A stretch of DNA of 64,000 nt from Anolis carolinensis (lineage: Eukaryota). The translations under genes were made by a program, and so were the position numbers. Shown in pieces: positions 1 to 14,300 of the stretch. Within the stretch, counting starts at the first letter, position 1, and each line of letters begins with the position of its first letter. A model generated the notes under the pieces. The model searched no databases and was not told where the DNA came from. It worked only from the letters and a program-made list of their open reading frames with translations. Location of the stretch: NCBI RefSeq assembly GCF_035594765.1, contig NC_085842.1, positions 269,995,749 to 270,059,748 on the forward strand, in the 5' to 3' direction.

Positions 1-341
1 ATTATGTAAGCAGCTAAGTAATCCTGGTTAGTTGAAATGCAATGAATTTCTAGAAAATTCTATTTTAAACATAAGTAAAACCTTTAGAAATACAATACAG
101 TATAAAACTGGTGTAGTTAGGTTTTTTTTTGAAGGCACAATACGTTGGGTTTTCCAAGTTCTGAACTTTAGATTAGTGGTGCACTATTTTGTTCTTTTTA
201 ACTATTTTTGTTGTTCTTTTACATTTTTCCCCTTTGTACAGGATACTCAGAATGATGTGCTTGGTTCTATTCTATCCCAACAACCTTTCAGTTTCAGTAG
301 AAGTCAAGTACAGTCAGAAATATTCTAGACCTTTAAGAAAC

Positions 342-342
<1 letters not shown>

Positions 343-404
<62 letters not shown>

Positions 405-460
405 TATTTATATACCGCCCTATCTCCCAAAAGGGACTCAGGGCGGTTTACAACAATAAT
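343..460 (-). repeat. (AAT)n microsatellite tail plus L2-type 3' end
   Basis: (aat)n at 343-400 followed by tttatttatataccgccctatctccc...gactcagggcggtttaca, the reverse of the L2-type 3' terminus repeated many times in this window. Confidence 0.7.
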
Positions 461-1465
461 ACACAACACACAATACATAGCAATATAAAAACACATTATT
501 ACACAAAATAAAATTTTACACTAAAAATGACAATCAATGATAATCACAACAGTTTCCAATCAGAGGGCGAGGATCAATAATCCCTTAGATTAACATAGTC
601 CATAATCAGGAGAAAATGAGACTGTGCAGTATATTTCGGGTCAAAGTCAGTGGGATCAATAAAGCTAGGGAAATATGGAGAGCAATCTCTTGGCTGGCCA
701 TGGCAGCTCCTAGGGTTGGTGGTATCCATGTCCCATTGCATTGACAACTGAAGCTGCAGTACAGCACTGTTGCCCAGGAGCCAGAATAGGAGTGCGAGTC
801 AAATGGGAAGTGTTCTGGGCAAAGGGGGGAGGAACAAGATTTGACTTGCTTATTCCCCTCTATATGTGGCCTAGAAGGGAACTCACAACAGTGGTATGGG
901 ATGAGGTCCATGTATCCCACACAGACTGGGGGATTTCGAGGTTGCAGCAGCATCCCCTGCATCCCCCCCCCCCCCCCAGTGATGCCAATGTAACTAGACA
1001 CCCAAAAAGGCCATAGATGGAACCATAACAGAGAAAGTTCTTACATTGACTGGTGGATAAATTGATTCAGCTTTTTGGGGTCACAACATGCTTAACTTTC
1101 ACATAAGGGTGTGTACACACACACACACATGTTGCTTTTGTATGCTGCCTTTCTCCCGGAGTGGGATCCAAGGTGACTTCCAAATGGTGAACTCATTTCT
1201 GAAGTGATTTCTGTTTTCTAAATCCATCCAATCTCACCTCCCCAGGCTATATAATATTGATATTTGCAACACTCTAAATCTGCACACACAAAAAAATGGG
1301 ATTGAGAAGATTCTAATTTTAAGAAAACAAATGCTGAATTTGGAACATACCTTGAGTTACTGTGGGGCCCCTTAAATGGAGAAGATACTGAAACTGAAAC
1401 TATTTTTCTGGAAGTGTAAAGTGAGAAGCCAAGTCTTTTAAATACTGTAATGTCATAGACTAGAG

Positions 1466-2132
1466 CACGGGTCCCCAAACTAAGGCCCGGGTGCCAGATG
1501 CGGCCCTCCAAGGTCATTTACCTGGCCCCTGCACTCAGTTTTATAATATAATATGTTTATATCAGTTTTTATAATATATTGTATATACATATAATAATAA
1601 TACCATATAATAATATTAATTATATGTTATATATTACATAACATATAATAGTATAGTGGTATAGTTGAATATAGTAATATATAATGCTAATATTGTGCTA
1701 TGCTAATAATATAATATATTGTATGTATATATAGCTGCTCTGAGTCTCCTTCAGGGTGAGAAGGGTGGGATATAAATGTAGTAAATAAATGCAGTAAATA
1801 AATAATTAATTTTAGACTTAGGCTCGGCCAAAGTCTGAAATGACTTGAAGTCACACAACAACAACAACAGTCCTAATTAACTTGACTATTTCATTGGCCA
1901 GTAGTAGGCCCACACTTCCCATTGAAATCCTGATAGGTTTATGTTGGTTAAAATTGTTTTCATTTTTAAATATTGTATTGTTCTTTCGTTGTTGTTGTTG
2001 TTGTTTCACTACAAATAAGACATGTGCAGTATGCATAGGAATTTGTATTTTTTTTTCAAATGATAATTTGGCCCCACAACAGTCTGAAGGATTGTGGACC
2101 GGCCCTCTGCTTCAAAGGTTTGAGGACCCCTG
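1466..2132. mobile_element. Non-autonomous hAT DNA transposon (OC1/Charlie-like TIR)
   Basis: TIRs cacgggtccccaaact / aggtttgaggacccctg; perfect 8-bp TSD gactagag at 1458-1465 and 2133-2140. Confidence 0.85.
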
Positions 2133-2953
2133 GACTAGAGGCTAGGGAATACTAATAAGTATATGCTAAATGTCATTATTCCTGACAGTACTAATAAGTC
2201 TGCTCTGTCTTCATTGTTTTCTTTGTAAATTGCAATGCGTTTTAATTTTTTTTTTGTTTACCCTGGTAATATATAAAAATTACTAGTACTTAAAATACCA
2301 CATATTAATTAGTACTGTATGTGTAAATCCTGTAGAATCTGTAGAAAAATCTACTTCTATTGACCTTTAGGTGGCAGTATTGACTTTAGAGATGCTACAC
2401 ACATGCCTTTGTGTCCTTGGTACAACAACGAAATGCTGAATATAATGGGGCTGCAAGTATAGTAATGGATATTACCTAGACATAATTTTCTACTTCCCAA
2501 GTAGCAGTGTCAATTTTCATGTTCTTTATATTGCCTTTACAGTAGTCCTTTTTAAAGGTATACAGGTTTATGCAGCACCATATTTGCAGGATAATGCTTT
2601 AGGGTAATTTCTAATTGTGTTTTAGATACATTTATTCATTAGTCCATCTGGTTTTGTCTTCTTGGAATGAAAACATATTAAATGAGTTGGGCATTAGCAC
2701 CTTCAGGTATCATTTATTGCTATTCACGCTAAACCAGTATAAATACTGACTTTCTTTGTCCTGTAATTTCTTTCTGAACAGGAGAAGCAGCCTGATATCT
2801 CCCAAACACCAAAGTGTTTAATTGCTGATAAACCCCTTTCTGGAATATTACCACAAACAGAATTAATTCAATATAAGATTATTGATTATTTTTCTTACAA
2901 GATATTCCAGTTTGAGTGTTATTAACACTGATATCCTACCCCCTCTAAATATA

Positions 2954-3095
2954 GGCCTCTTCTACACTGCCATATAATCCAGATTATAAAATCAGATAAT
3001 CCACATTATTTGATTTGAACTGTGTTATATGAGTCCTCAATGCCATATAATCCAGTTCAAAACAGATAATTTTATATGCCAGTGTAGCAGGGGCC
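2954..3095. mobile_element. PIF/Harbinger-type MITE
   Basis: TIRs ggcctcttctacactg / cagtgtagcaggggcc with 3-bp TSD ata. Confidence 0.65.
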
Positions 3096-4983
3096 ATAGA
3101 GTATGACCAACAATAAATAGCAACATGGTATTTTGTTATCTTCTTCCCATCTGAAGTGCTTGTTCTTCTCTGAAATTGAAAATTTTAGAAATGGCACTAA
3201 AACATGTTAATAGAAAAATATACCTTTCCCAAATGGCAAAAAGGGGATGTAAACATCAGTTCAGTTCATCTTACTAATAGCCTGATATTTATGTCAACAT
3301 TCTCCATGGAGTTAGGATATACTTCATATGTTTTCAAAGGCTATTTTATATGCTTGATTTGTGTAAGATGGGTACTTTCAGGCATGGAAAGAATATTTCA
3401 CCCATGGAATTCTGTCATAGTATTTGTGTATGCATAACTTTCTAAATCTGGCTTTCCCTTTCTATAGACTGCTTGGTTGATGGATTTCATTCCTGCATTA
3501 GTATACTAAGTATCTCCTCATAGTTATTATGCACTACTCCTTGGCTATTTTTTTAGCTACTCTTGTTTTAAGAATGCTCATTAAGCAATATATCAGGCTA
3601 ATTGCAAATGCATTTTGTAGCCTTCAGATTATTATGTATTTTATGCTGCCTGCTCTCTTGAGTAAAAACTACATTTGAGAGTACAGGATACCACAAAACA
3701 AATAACATTATTATGGGATTTGCTTGTTTCGGTTGTTCTAGGTCTGTTTTCCAGATGTGCTATAATGTTCTTTAAGTGCACTTAACTGATATAGTGGTGA
3801 TTGGCATCTATGTGGGCTACTGGCATAATTTTAGAGTAAAAAGTCAGATTCTTTCACTTGGAAATGATACCACGAAGTGGGAATTGTTTTGGTAAAAGTG
3901 TAAGGTAGCATCCTAAAATCGGAAAGCACTAATGACAAGGCTTCAGAATACTATGCTGAAGTCATTTTAAGATCTTTGTAATGTATGCAAAAGATTAAAT
4001 ATACATGGAATTTAGCCAAATCTTAACTTCAGTGAACGTACCCTATATACTCATTTAAGTCACAAATCAACCAAAAAACCTGGGTCCACTTATCCATGGG
4101 TCACTTTGAGTATTGTACTGTAACTCTTATCAGAAAAGGAATCATCTGCTTTTCTGAATAGAGTTACAAAAGGCATGACAGTAGTCCATCCTGGGAGAGC
4201 CTAAAAGAAGCACCAACTCCTTCTTCTCTATCTGCCATGGCACTGTTTCAGGTTTTGTTTTTTAAATGCCTGGGAGGGGAAATGGCAGTGGCAGCTGGCC
4301 TCGAGATAGCACTGGTACCTTCTGCTGTGTGTGGATTAGCCTTCGGCTTATGCATTGGTCATATCAAAATCCATATTTTTGACCCCTTGATTCTTGACAT
4401 TTCAACTTTTTCCCCATCTTAGTATAACAAAGGCTAACTCCCTATGTCTGGAATCCTGTTGATGCAGTATGCTATTCTAATGTTTGTTTCACTATTGGCT
4501 GCAGATTTTGAAATATTGCTCAGAATCTGTGAAAGAGGGTAAATATCACCCCAGGAAATGAAGTCTGCCATCTATAAGCAATCTGTTTATGCAGTATCTG
4601 ACTTTTGGTGGATCCTAAACGCCTATGTGTTCTGGCCAGATGTCTCTGTCCCAGTCTCCATAGAACATTCTGATTTTTTGGATCCATGCATTTGCCAAGC
4701 ATAGTAGAAATAGAATGCTCAGAAAAGTAGCCCTCACTGCCAGTGATTACTTTCTTTGCCTTGCTTCACAGCAGCTTTACTTGTACCCCTCTCTTACCAT
4801 TGCCAATACATGTGCTGTTGTGCACCATCAGGACTTTGTTCTATCTTCTGACAAGAATTTGAGTTGCGTGAATCATTCCTTACATTCAGTATCTTCCTTG
4901 TACCTGCTGTCAATTGTTCTTGTTAAATATATGGTGGCTTATAGTGACTGAAAGGTCCATATATTAGTGAAGTATTCATTTAG

Positions 4984-5487
4984 GGCAGGGCTTTGGCGCA
5001 GCTGGTTAGTAGCCAGCTGCAATAAATCACTATGACCAAGAAGTCATGAGTTCGAAGGCAGCCCGTGTTAGAGTGAGCACCCTACCATTAAAAAAATAGC
5101 TCTGCTTGTTGTTGACCTAAGCAACCCGAAAGATAGTTGCATCTATCAAATAGGAAATTTAGGTACCGCTTATGTGGGGGAGGCTAATTTTAACAAATTT
5201 ACGATACCATAAAAAAAAATTGCCCAGCAGCATTTGGAATGAGGAAGTATCCATCAAGGACTCGGTGTCACAGTGGATGATGAAGTAGCTACTCCCCCAT
5301 GGCCGGAATCGAGCATATCCTCAGTAAGCTGGAAGCTGGAGAAAGTTAAATTGCCTCTGTATCTCTGTCTCTATTTTTCATATGGCATTGAATGTTTGCC
5401 ATGTATGTGTACATTATGATCCGCCCTGAGTCCCCTTCAGGGTGAGAAGGGCGGAATACAAATACTGTAAATAAATAAATAAATAAA
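4984..5487 (+). mobile_element. tRNA-derived SINE (Sauria-like body, L2-like 3' tail)
   Basis: A-box-like tggcgcagctgg, B-box-like gagttcga, L2-type tail gatccgccctgagtcccc...gggcgg and (taaa)n end; shorter relatives at 22917-23151 and 35518-35750. Confidence 0.75.
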
Positions 5488-6474
5488 TTTAAACCCTCAA
5501 AATAGAACCCAGCTTCAATTAGGTGTTTGTATTCCTCACAAGCTTCTTGCAGCAGAGGAATAAAAAGCAGCATGCTATTGGCTTTCTGCAAGGTCATTGT
5601 AAAAACAAACAAACCAAAAACTTAAACAAATGCATAACACAGTTTAGAACAGCTTGAATCCAAAGTAGTACTTTGAATCATTGAGAGGAGTACAATTAAG
5701 AACTTGGACAAACACTATCTCCCCATGGGTGTTCTGTAGCAAATTATTGCTATGCTCTACTACAGAAATTGGCAAGCTGATGCCATTCATATCTTTGAGA
5801 CTATAGTTTCCTTAAGGCCAGCCAGCATGGCTAGCAGAGATTGTGCAAGTTGTACTTCAGAACTTGAAGAGCATATCATGCCACTTATCCCAACACTACT
5901 ATAATGTGATAATTGAAAACGTTTCCTGCAATTAAGCCTCCACTCTTGAAATTGCCAGAGTCGAAGTCCATAGCCACTGCTCTTGGCTGAAATAGCTGTA
6001 TATTTTATCCATGTGTTAACTGTAACTTAATCCTTAAAATGGAAACATGAAATAGGCATTTCCTTTCATTTTATTCACTGTAAATTGTTCACTAAGTACA
6101 GCGTTCCTTTAAAAATTGTTCTTAATATGGCTATTAGTTTAAAACAGTGTTCTTGTGAATCCTAGCATTTTACATTTTGGGTCAGATGTCATTTGGAATA
6201 TTGTGCCTGTTCTGCATACCACAGTTTAAAAAACATTGCTAAATTTTTTAACTTGTTTATTTTATGGTGTTTTAGACTTATTCGTGATGTATTTGGATTG
6301 TTGTTTACATGATTTTAATATGTTGTTAGCTGCTTTTGGTCCTGTGAGGGAGAAAAGTGGGATATAAATAAAGGTTTATTATTAAATGTTGGAGATAGCA
6401 ACTGACTGATAGTTAGATCCTGTAGGAGTTTAGAAAAGCACGTTCATGGTTTACTGCCTGTTCACCTGTTTCTC

Positions 6475-6506
<32 letters not shown>

Positions 6507-8140
6507 CCCCATTTTGGTTTCATGTAGATACTTACATGTTCTCAGGGGCTGCATTTGCTCATTTACTTTTTCTCTCTGATACTTCACAATCAAGATGTGG
6601 TGAGAAAGCGGATGAGATGCTCTATTCTTCCTGAGGCTATGTACCTCAGCCTTTACCTTATTTTAAGAATCTGAGCCTGTATGTGGTTGTGTACAAACTA
6701 TGAGTGAATTTTTAATATCTTATACAGAAGATTTAGGTTTGATTCTTTTATCTGCTAGACAAAGTGGGGGAGGTTTCGGGGTTTTTTTTGTTCTAGCTTT
6801 TGCCTTAATGTTCTATAGGATTTATTATAAAATTATTATTAAAATATTATAAAATGTATTTGAAACCCAAAAGTAAGCTGGAATGTGTTCAGGAGAAGTC
6901 AGCCAAGATGTTGAAAAATTTGGAATTACTGTATTTACTCAAGTCATCAATCTAATGCGCACCTAAATTTTCAAAACTCTGAAACTAAAAAAAGTATTTG
7001 CTGATGAATGTATGCACAGCAGCAAATTTTGCACCCTTTGTAATATGACCATTATAGTTGTTGCCAGTTTAGAATTCCTTCTTTAAAACAAAAGTGTTAG
7101 AACACCAAAGATTTCAGCAGTGGAAAAGAAAACTTTGGGGTGCATCTCTGCTGTATAATGCATCCACTTTAACTGCATTGGTTCAGTGCTATGGAGTCAT
7201 GGTGTCTGTAGTTTTACAAGGCCTTGAGTTTTTTCTGTCAAAAACTACCACTCCCAAGACTATATAGGATTGAGCCAGGGCCATTAAATTACGGATGAAG
7301 TCCCTTTAAGAGGAGTTCCAGGTGTTTTTGAAGCAACTTCCCTTTTGCTTTGGCTCAGCACAAGATTACAGTATAATGCGAATCTAACATGCACCCAGAG
7401 CCGGTCCAACAATGTTTTGCGGTCGCTTGATTCTTTTATCTGCTGAAGTGTTTAAAGCTGTTTGTTTAGTTTTCTGTCATCGGAACTAAAGTTGCACAAA
7501 CTGCAAACAGGCACTTGGAATGCTGATGGAAGGAAACAGCTTTGTTTGTGGTTTTTGCATAGTATCTTAATCCTATGCATATCTACTCAGAAGTAGACAT
7601 TGCAAGTATTTCAGACTTCAGCCAATCCCCCATATTTGTGAGCGTTAGGGGCACATGACCTGGTGAAAATGGAAAATTCTTGAGTGTCATAATATCTCCC
7701 CATTTATGCTGCATACAGGATCCTTTCCCACTTTCAGACCCAGCCCCTCACGCTTCCCAGCTTTTCAGCATGAAGCCTCAGCCAGATTTGAAACTCCTTT
7801 GTACTTGTCTGAATGGTTTCTATGAAATGCATTTTTAGTTAAATTTTGACCCAGGGTTGTCTGTAAATGCCTTGATTAAAAAGTCTTCTTAAAGCACCAT
7901 TAGGTTTCTGTTACTGTTGGATAAGGACCCCAAAATCAATTAACAATTTCTGATCAATACACTTTTGTTAATAGATTTGATACTCATTTTAGTTTTAAAT
8001 GCATTTTTATAGTCAGTCTCTGTTTGTGTATCTGAAAGTGGCCAACATGGCTACATGTGAATATGTAGTTACAATATGTAGGCTGGAAGTTACAAAGTTA
8101 CAAATTGTGTCTGCAAGAATAATATGTACAGTAGAGTCTT

Positions 8141-8660
8141 GCTTATTTATTTATTTATTTATTTATTAGACTTGTATACCGCTACTCCCAGTTTGGCTTG
8201 GAGCGATTTACAGAAATAGATTAAAACAATACAATTAGCTTTAAAATAACAATAAAAACAACAATAAAAACAACAATAAAAACAGACATAGCCCTGAGTT
8301 TTTCACCCATTGAAAGCTTGTCAGAAGAGAAAGGTTTTGCAGGCTTTCCGAAAGGCAAGTAGGTCTCGGATAGTTCGAGTTTCAACTGGCAAGGCATTCC
8401 ATAAATGAGGGGCTACAATCGAGAAGGCTCTCTGCCTAGTAGAAGACAAATAATAAGTCCGTATGTTAGGGACTTCAAGCAAATGTTGGTCTTTGGACCG
8501 AAGTAATCTCTGGAGTTGGTAGGGGGATAAGCAGGCCCTCAGGTACGCCAGCCCCAAACCATATAAGGCCTTAAAGGTTAGTACCAGTATCTTGAAAGTA
8601 ATCCGGTACTCAATTGGTAGCCAGTGCAGCTGTTGTAGAATTGGGGTGATACGCCACCTC
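8141..8660 (-). mobile_element. L2 LINE 3' fragment (RT C-terminus)
   Basis: ORF 8321-8713 contains ITPILQQLHWLPIEYRITFKILVLTFKAL...RAFSIVAPHLWNALP...FRKACKTFLF, typical L2 ORF2 C-terminus; (TAAA)n tail. Confidence 0.85.
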
Positions 8661-9231
8661 GCCTCACCTCTATTGTGCAGTGCAGTTTTAACTAATCCAC
8701 TCAGGGGATTCAATAAAGAAGAAATAAATAATTACAATTACCATAATTTTTATATTACTTTTGTCCAGGATTTATTTTCCTCTAACTGTAGATGTAACTA
8801 GAACATGGTAGGTAATCCTGTACATCAATCACAATGGTCCATTGCTTGCGTGATTATTCTGCATGAATTATGATCCTGCAGCCTTCCCTTGCTTCCTGCA
8901 ATTTTTCCATCAAGCTAGGTCCTCTCCCTGGATACAGTACGACATGGTACAAATAGTGTTAGAATTATGGAGACTCTGCAAGCAGAAGGTTTTGGTGCTT
9001 CCCTCTCTCTGCCTTGCTGAAGGAAGAACACAAAGAGGAAAATATGTTGGCACCGTGCCTGTACCTGTGCTTTCCCTTTATTATCTTTCCCAGTGGAAGT
9101 GTTAGAGGGGAAACATACTCTGTGGGAGCTGCCATGTCGAAGCATTTCTGAGCTTGATTTTAATAATACTAAGCCTGAATGACTGGGGAGTAGCTTTGAA
9201 TACTTTTCTGCTGCAACCATATTACTATGTA

Positions 9232-9554
9232 CAGTAGAGTCTCACTTAACCAACATTCGCTTATCCAACCTTCTGGATTATCCAATGCATTTTTGTAGTC
9301 AATGTTTTCAATACATCGTGATATTTTGGTGCTAAATTTATAAATACAGTCATTACAACATAACATTACTGCATATTGAACTACTTTTTCTGTCAAATTT
9401 GTTGTGTAACATGATGTTTTGGTGCTTAATTTGTAAAATCATAACCTAATTTGATGTTTAATAGACTTTTCCTTGATCTCTCCTTATTATCCAACATATT
9501 CGCTTATCCAACGTTCTGCTGGCCTGTTTATGTTGGATAAGTGAGACTCTACTG
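9232..9554. mobile_element. Tc1/mariner-type MITE, family A
   Basis: TIR cagtagagtctcactta / taagtgagactctactg flanked by TA; further copies at 31635, 37304, 47823 and 61017. Confidence 0.9.
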
Positions 9555-10069
9555 TAGTTACAATTTGTCTCATCCACATATTGTTGGATAGTCCTTTTCT
9601 CAAGGCTCTACTCTAAGCATGATCTTCTTGAAGCTTCTTTGGTTATTGCTAGACTTTAGAAAAACCGAGTTAAGAGCATCATCTCGTTCTATTATATTCA
9701 GATATATCGTGTTCATTGAGGCTTTGTTCCAACTAATTGAATGTGAAAATGTGTATATATGCTGCACAGACAACATTTCCCACCTCAGGTGTATATCTTA
9801 ATCAGGGATGCTTCAGGCACATAATTTGGCCTTTATAGGCTATTTTGCAAGATCACTCACTTCTCCTGTGAATTAAGAGCCTAAATGTTAAAAGAATTAG
9901 AGTGGATTTTCAAGCGCTTTGGAATTGTTTGGGAATACATTGACCTAATGATAGCTCATTGGTGTGTTAGTAAACCAGGAGCTATGGAAACATGCCCTCC
10001 ACTATGTGCCTTTCTCTTAGCTTTAAATCATGGTTTAGCTTATACTTGTATGGAAGCTAATCATGTTTT

Positions 10070-10880
10070 GAAGTTGAACCTGGAAGCCCAGGTATCTGCT
10101 TTGGCCAAGAGGGACTTTGCACAATTAAAACTTGAGTGTCAACTGTGCCCGCTCCTTGAGAAGCCAGATCTGGCCACAGTGGCCCATAGGGTGGTTTCAT
10201 CCCATCTGGATTACTGTAACACGCTATACATGAGGCTGGTTGGAAGCTTTGGTTGCTAACTGGGGCAGGCTACAGGGAGGGGACAACCCCCCTCCTGCAG
10301 CGCCTCCACTGGCTGCCAGTCTGTTTCTAGACACAATTCAAAGTGCTGGCTATGACCTTTAAAGCCCTAGACCAGTGGTGCTCAACATGTGGGTCCCCAG
10401 ATGTTTTGGCCTTTAACTGAAATTCGAACTACCCGAGATCTACTTGCCTTTCGGAAAGCCTGTAAAACCTTTCTCTTCCGACAAGCCTTCGATGGGTGAA
10501 AACTTGGGGCTATGTCTGTTCTTATTGTTATTTAAAGCTAACTGTATTGTTTTATCTATTTTTGTAAACCGCTCCGAGCCAAATTGGGAGTAGCGGTATA
10601 CAAGTCCAACAAATAAATAAATAAATAAATAAACTCCCAGAAATTTTAATAGCTGGTAAACTGGCTGGGATTTCTGAGAGTTGTAGGACAAAACACCAGG
10701 GAACCCACAGGTTGAGAACCACTGTTATAAGATAGTTCAGGCCCAGGCTATTTGTTTAATTCTGTTTTAATGTTTGTATATTTTAAATTGTATAGTAATG
10801 CCTTTATTAGCATGCAAAGGGGACTCAAGACACTTTAAGTCTCCCTTGGGGAGATAATGCAGGGTATAAGCAAATATAAT
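10070..10880 (+). mobile_element. Degenerate L2 fragment interrupted by a hAT MITE (10373-10724) that itself contains a younger L2 3' end (10419-10633)
   Basis: SHLDYCNTLY and LHWLP-type L2 motifs; MITE TIRs cagtggtgctcaac / gttgagaaccactg; inner insert ends in (aaat)n. Confidence 0.75.
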
Positions 10881-11059
10881 ACTACTACTACTACTACTAA
10901 TAAAAATAAATATAGCCTACATTGCCTGGTAACTGATCTAGTAAGATGGACCAGTCGCTTTCCACTAATAGTCCCGTTTGCATCCTTCTCCTAGCACTTT
11001 TGATGGCTAAGACACTTTGGATAACCACTCCCCCCTGATGATGATATCGACATAACTAG

Positions 11060-11250
11060 CACTTTAGCCCAGTTTCCTACAGATTTTATCCATGATTTTA
11101 TCAAGATGTATTGTATGTGTTTTTATAATTTGTTTTATTGTTGTTTGATTTGTTTTACTGCTTGTTTTTACATTGTCATGACCGGGCTTGGCCCCATGTA
11201 AGCCGCCCCGAGTCCCTTCGGGGAGATGGGGCAGGGTATAAGAATAAAAA

Positions 11251-11302
<52 letters not shown>
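11060..11302 (+). mobile_element. LINE (L2-type) 3' tail with (ATT)n microsatellite
   Basis: gtaagccgccccgagtcccttcggggagatggggcagggtataagaataaa followed by (att)n; 5' boundary approximate. Confidence 0.6.
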
Positions 11303-11307
<5 letters not shown>

Positions 11308-14300
11308 CTCATTCAAGTACCTACTAGGGTTGACCCTGCTTAGCTTCCAAGATCTGATGTCTTTAGGATATTCAAGCAAGCTATTCAGTTTTTAATCTCT
11401 TGGAAATATTCTTTTAAAAGAATTCCAAAATTGTATGCTGTCTGCTGTGACTTATTGAAATTGATATTTTTCTTAAAATGGTGAGTTCAAGCCATAAATA
11501 TTCAACATGAAAATAAGGAATCATCTGTGAAATACAAAAATATTTGTGTAGAATAAATCAGGTTTGTCACATATCTTCATATGGAATTACTTTGCATAGA
11601 AAGACTGCAAACACTGTCTTTGTAACTGTAACTTGGTAACAGACAGACCCTATTGTATTGAGTGTTCTAGTGCAGTGAGGCTTTATATTGTAAACATGGC
11701 ATTCTTCATTGTAGCAGCCTTGCTCTTTCGCATGTTTATAAAGAGCTGTGAATCATGAGAATTGTGTGATTGTTAATTGTGAAAGCTGCATATATAGTTA
11801 TATGTTGAGAACGGTATATATATAATTTAGAATTGAAATATGTTTTTTTCTGTATTGTGTGCGTTGCATGCATGTCATATATATATTTAACAGTGAGAGC
11901 TTGTAAATTAACATTTAGATTAATACTATTGGTCTTACTCTAGTTGGGACTTGAATTGGATTAATGCCTTTGTCTCTTTATGCAGGTTTTTGTGCATGAG
12001 ATTCTTATCTATTTAATGTATTTCTTTTTGTCATTTGAGTAAATTGTGCACATCAAGTGCTTTAAGGACAGTGTGCCATTAGTATTCTACTTAAAAAGGA
12101 CCATGGCAGAGGTTTTAATGTATTTTTCTAAGAAAAATAAGAAATTAGTATGAAAAACTAGCTTGAAAATACAAGTATTAATACTAGCCTAGGTTTGTTT
12201 TCCATTTTTTCCAGAATTGTTAACAATAACCACTATTTTTTAAATCATGGTTTCCAAACTAGATACAAATACATTTATGGATAAATATTGTTTCTTGGTG
12301 AAGATGCGATAATATGGTTAATATTGGAAGATAAGGGAGGGAAAAACTGTCTTGACAGGAGACTGAAATTGATAAACTTTAGATCTGTACCAGTCCTTTA
12401 TGATAAGTATCTGATCAGCTTTTCCAAAATTGAAAAAGAAGTACAATCCTTTTTTATACTTCTCTGTTAGCACAAAGATTTTCTTTTTCTAGACAAAAAT
12501 TAAATTCTGTTAGCATAATGTTGTTTTTATTCATAAGTACTTATTTTACTCTGCCTTTCTAGTTCAAGACTTGAAGCAATTAAGACTGCTTGCAAAGCAA
12601 ATTTATAAGTATCAAAAGTAATTAAGAGACAACCAAAAGTTGTAACAAAATTATAGATAAAATTACATTGGTATTGAAATTTTGCTGTAAGAGATTTAAG
12701 GACTACTACCATTAAATAGAGTAAAATTAGACACAGTCTGTTCAGGATACTTTTCAGATAAGTCACTATAGATTCCCAATTGTAGATATTTAAAGGCTTG
12801 GATTCACTATGCTACTTTGGATTAATAATGATGTAATACTGTAATGAAGTACTGTTCAAGACTGAACTAAAATGGATCGCACAAATACAGGACAAATTAC
12901 AGATAAAGGATTGTCAGTTCAAGATTCTGCTCCTGGAACAAATTAATTCCAACATTTGTGGTTTGTGCTGACCAATTAAATTAATACATGATTTGGTGAA
13001 TATTTATTCTGAATTAAATGTGTGTTCAATGGGACCCAGTGTTTTTGAAACCCAGCCTTAAAAGGACAGTTGTTTTTTTTTTTTGTTTTTTTTTAAAGGA
13101 TCTACCACATTGTCATTATTGCACTGAGATTGTGACAGCAGTGAAAGCAGGTATGAGACATGTTTTTGGAGTGGCACCTTTGTTTTTAATTTCCTCTGAG
13201 TAAAACCTTTGTGCAGTTTTAAAAGTATATCTGCACAAAGTTTGATTTTTAGATTTACCTTAGAGAATGTTTGGCCTTTGTGAATTTGAGTTGCTGAAGA
13301 ATGAGCATCAGGAGAATCTCCAAGACAATTAAATGTGTAAAGCCTAGACTATTAAAATTTCAAAGAGATCTTTTTTAAAAAAGATTAAAGTAAGTACCTG
13401 TTTTAAATTTGCTCCTGGAATGGTTGGGTGTAGTATTCTAACTATTGAGCCTCTGTATTTGAGGCTTTAAAATTGTTGAAATAGTGGTCATGTAAGTATT
13501 TATTGTGGTTACCTCTTTGTTTCTCTCATTTATTGTGTTCAGATACTTCATGGATGTGGGAAAAGTTTATTTTAACTATTATGCCATGTTAAATCATTTG
13601 TCCTTTTTGTTGTGGTTGTGAACCTGAAATTATCATTTCCATTTCTAAGAATACTAAGTCAAAGTAACAGGCTTTGTTTGTGTGCTTTTTCATCATGTCT
13701 AGTCAGTTTATATACTATTCACAACTATAATTTTAAAGAGACATTTGTTAAATCTGGATTGTATTTGATGGGCTACCTAAAAATAATTCATTCCATAGTA
13801 GTTGATAGCTGGTTCCTAGCCTTGATACCACACTAGTCTGAACATTTTTTTAAAGCTCCACAGTTCAGCTACAAGACATTCAGTATGTGAAAGAAGATTT
13901 AAACAAACTTTCCATAACAGTACTTGTAGAATCTGTGTTTCATGGTAACCACCATGACGTTCACAGCGTTTAAGGCGATGAAGAAGCTGACATGAAAAGA
14001 TAGTAATTCATGAAGACTTGGCTTCACAGTGTGTGCATAATCCTTCATGCTCTCAATGGTACCCTAACCCTTGTACCCACCAGAACAAAAGAAGCTGAAT
14101 TGGAAATTGTGGGAGCTGGGGAATGTTCCCTTGGCAGTGCAGCTCATGGCCCACAGGCCTTGTCAGGACTCAGTTTGAAGTCTTTTATTCTTTCTGACAG
14201 ATGCGAGGTAAGTTCTATGAGGTGGAAGTCATTACTCGAGTGAGGGCAATGTCAGATCAAAAGTAACCAGTGATCAAACAAGGTGAAGGGGCTGTGGAAA

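Noticed and set aside
189-488. Poly-Ile ORFs (also 11138-11395, 31154-31357) and poly-Asp/Asn/Tyr ORFs
   Set aside because: Translations of (AAT)n/(GAT)n microsatellites.
606-1016. Two overlapping ORFs in a moderately GC-rich stretch
   Set aside because: No recognisable domain or clear splice sites; probably an unclassified repeat fragment.
8129-8146. Additional complete Tc1 MITE copy
   Set aside because: Only ~17 bp of TIR remains before the L2 tail; no second end found.
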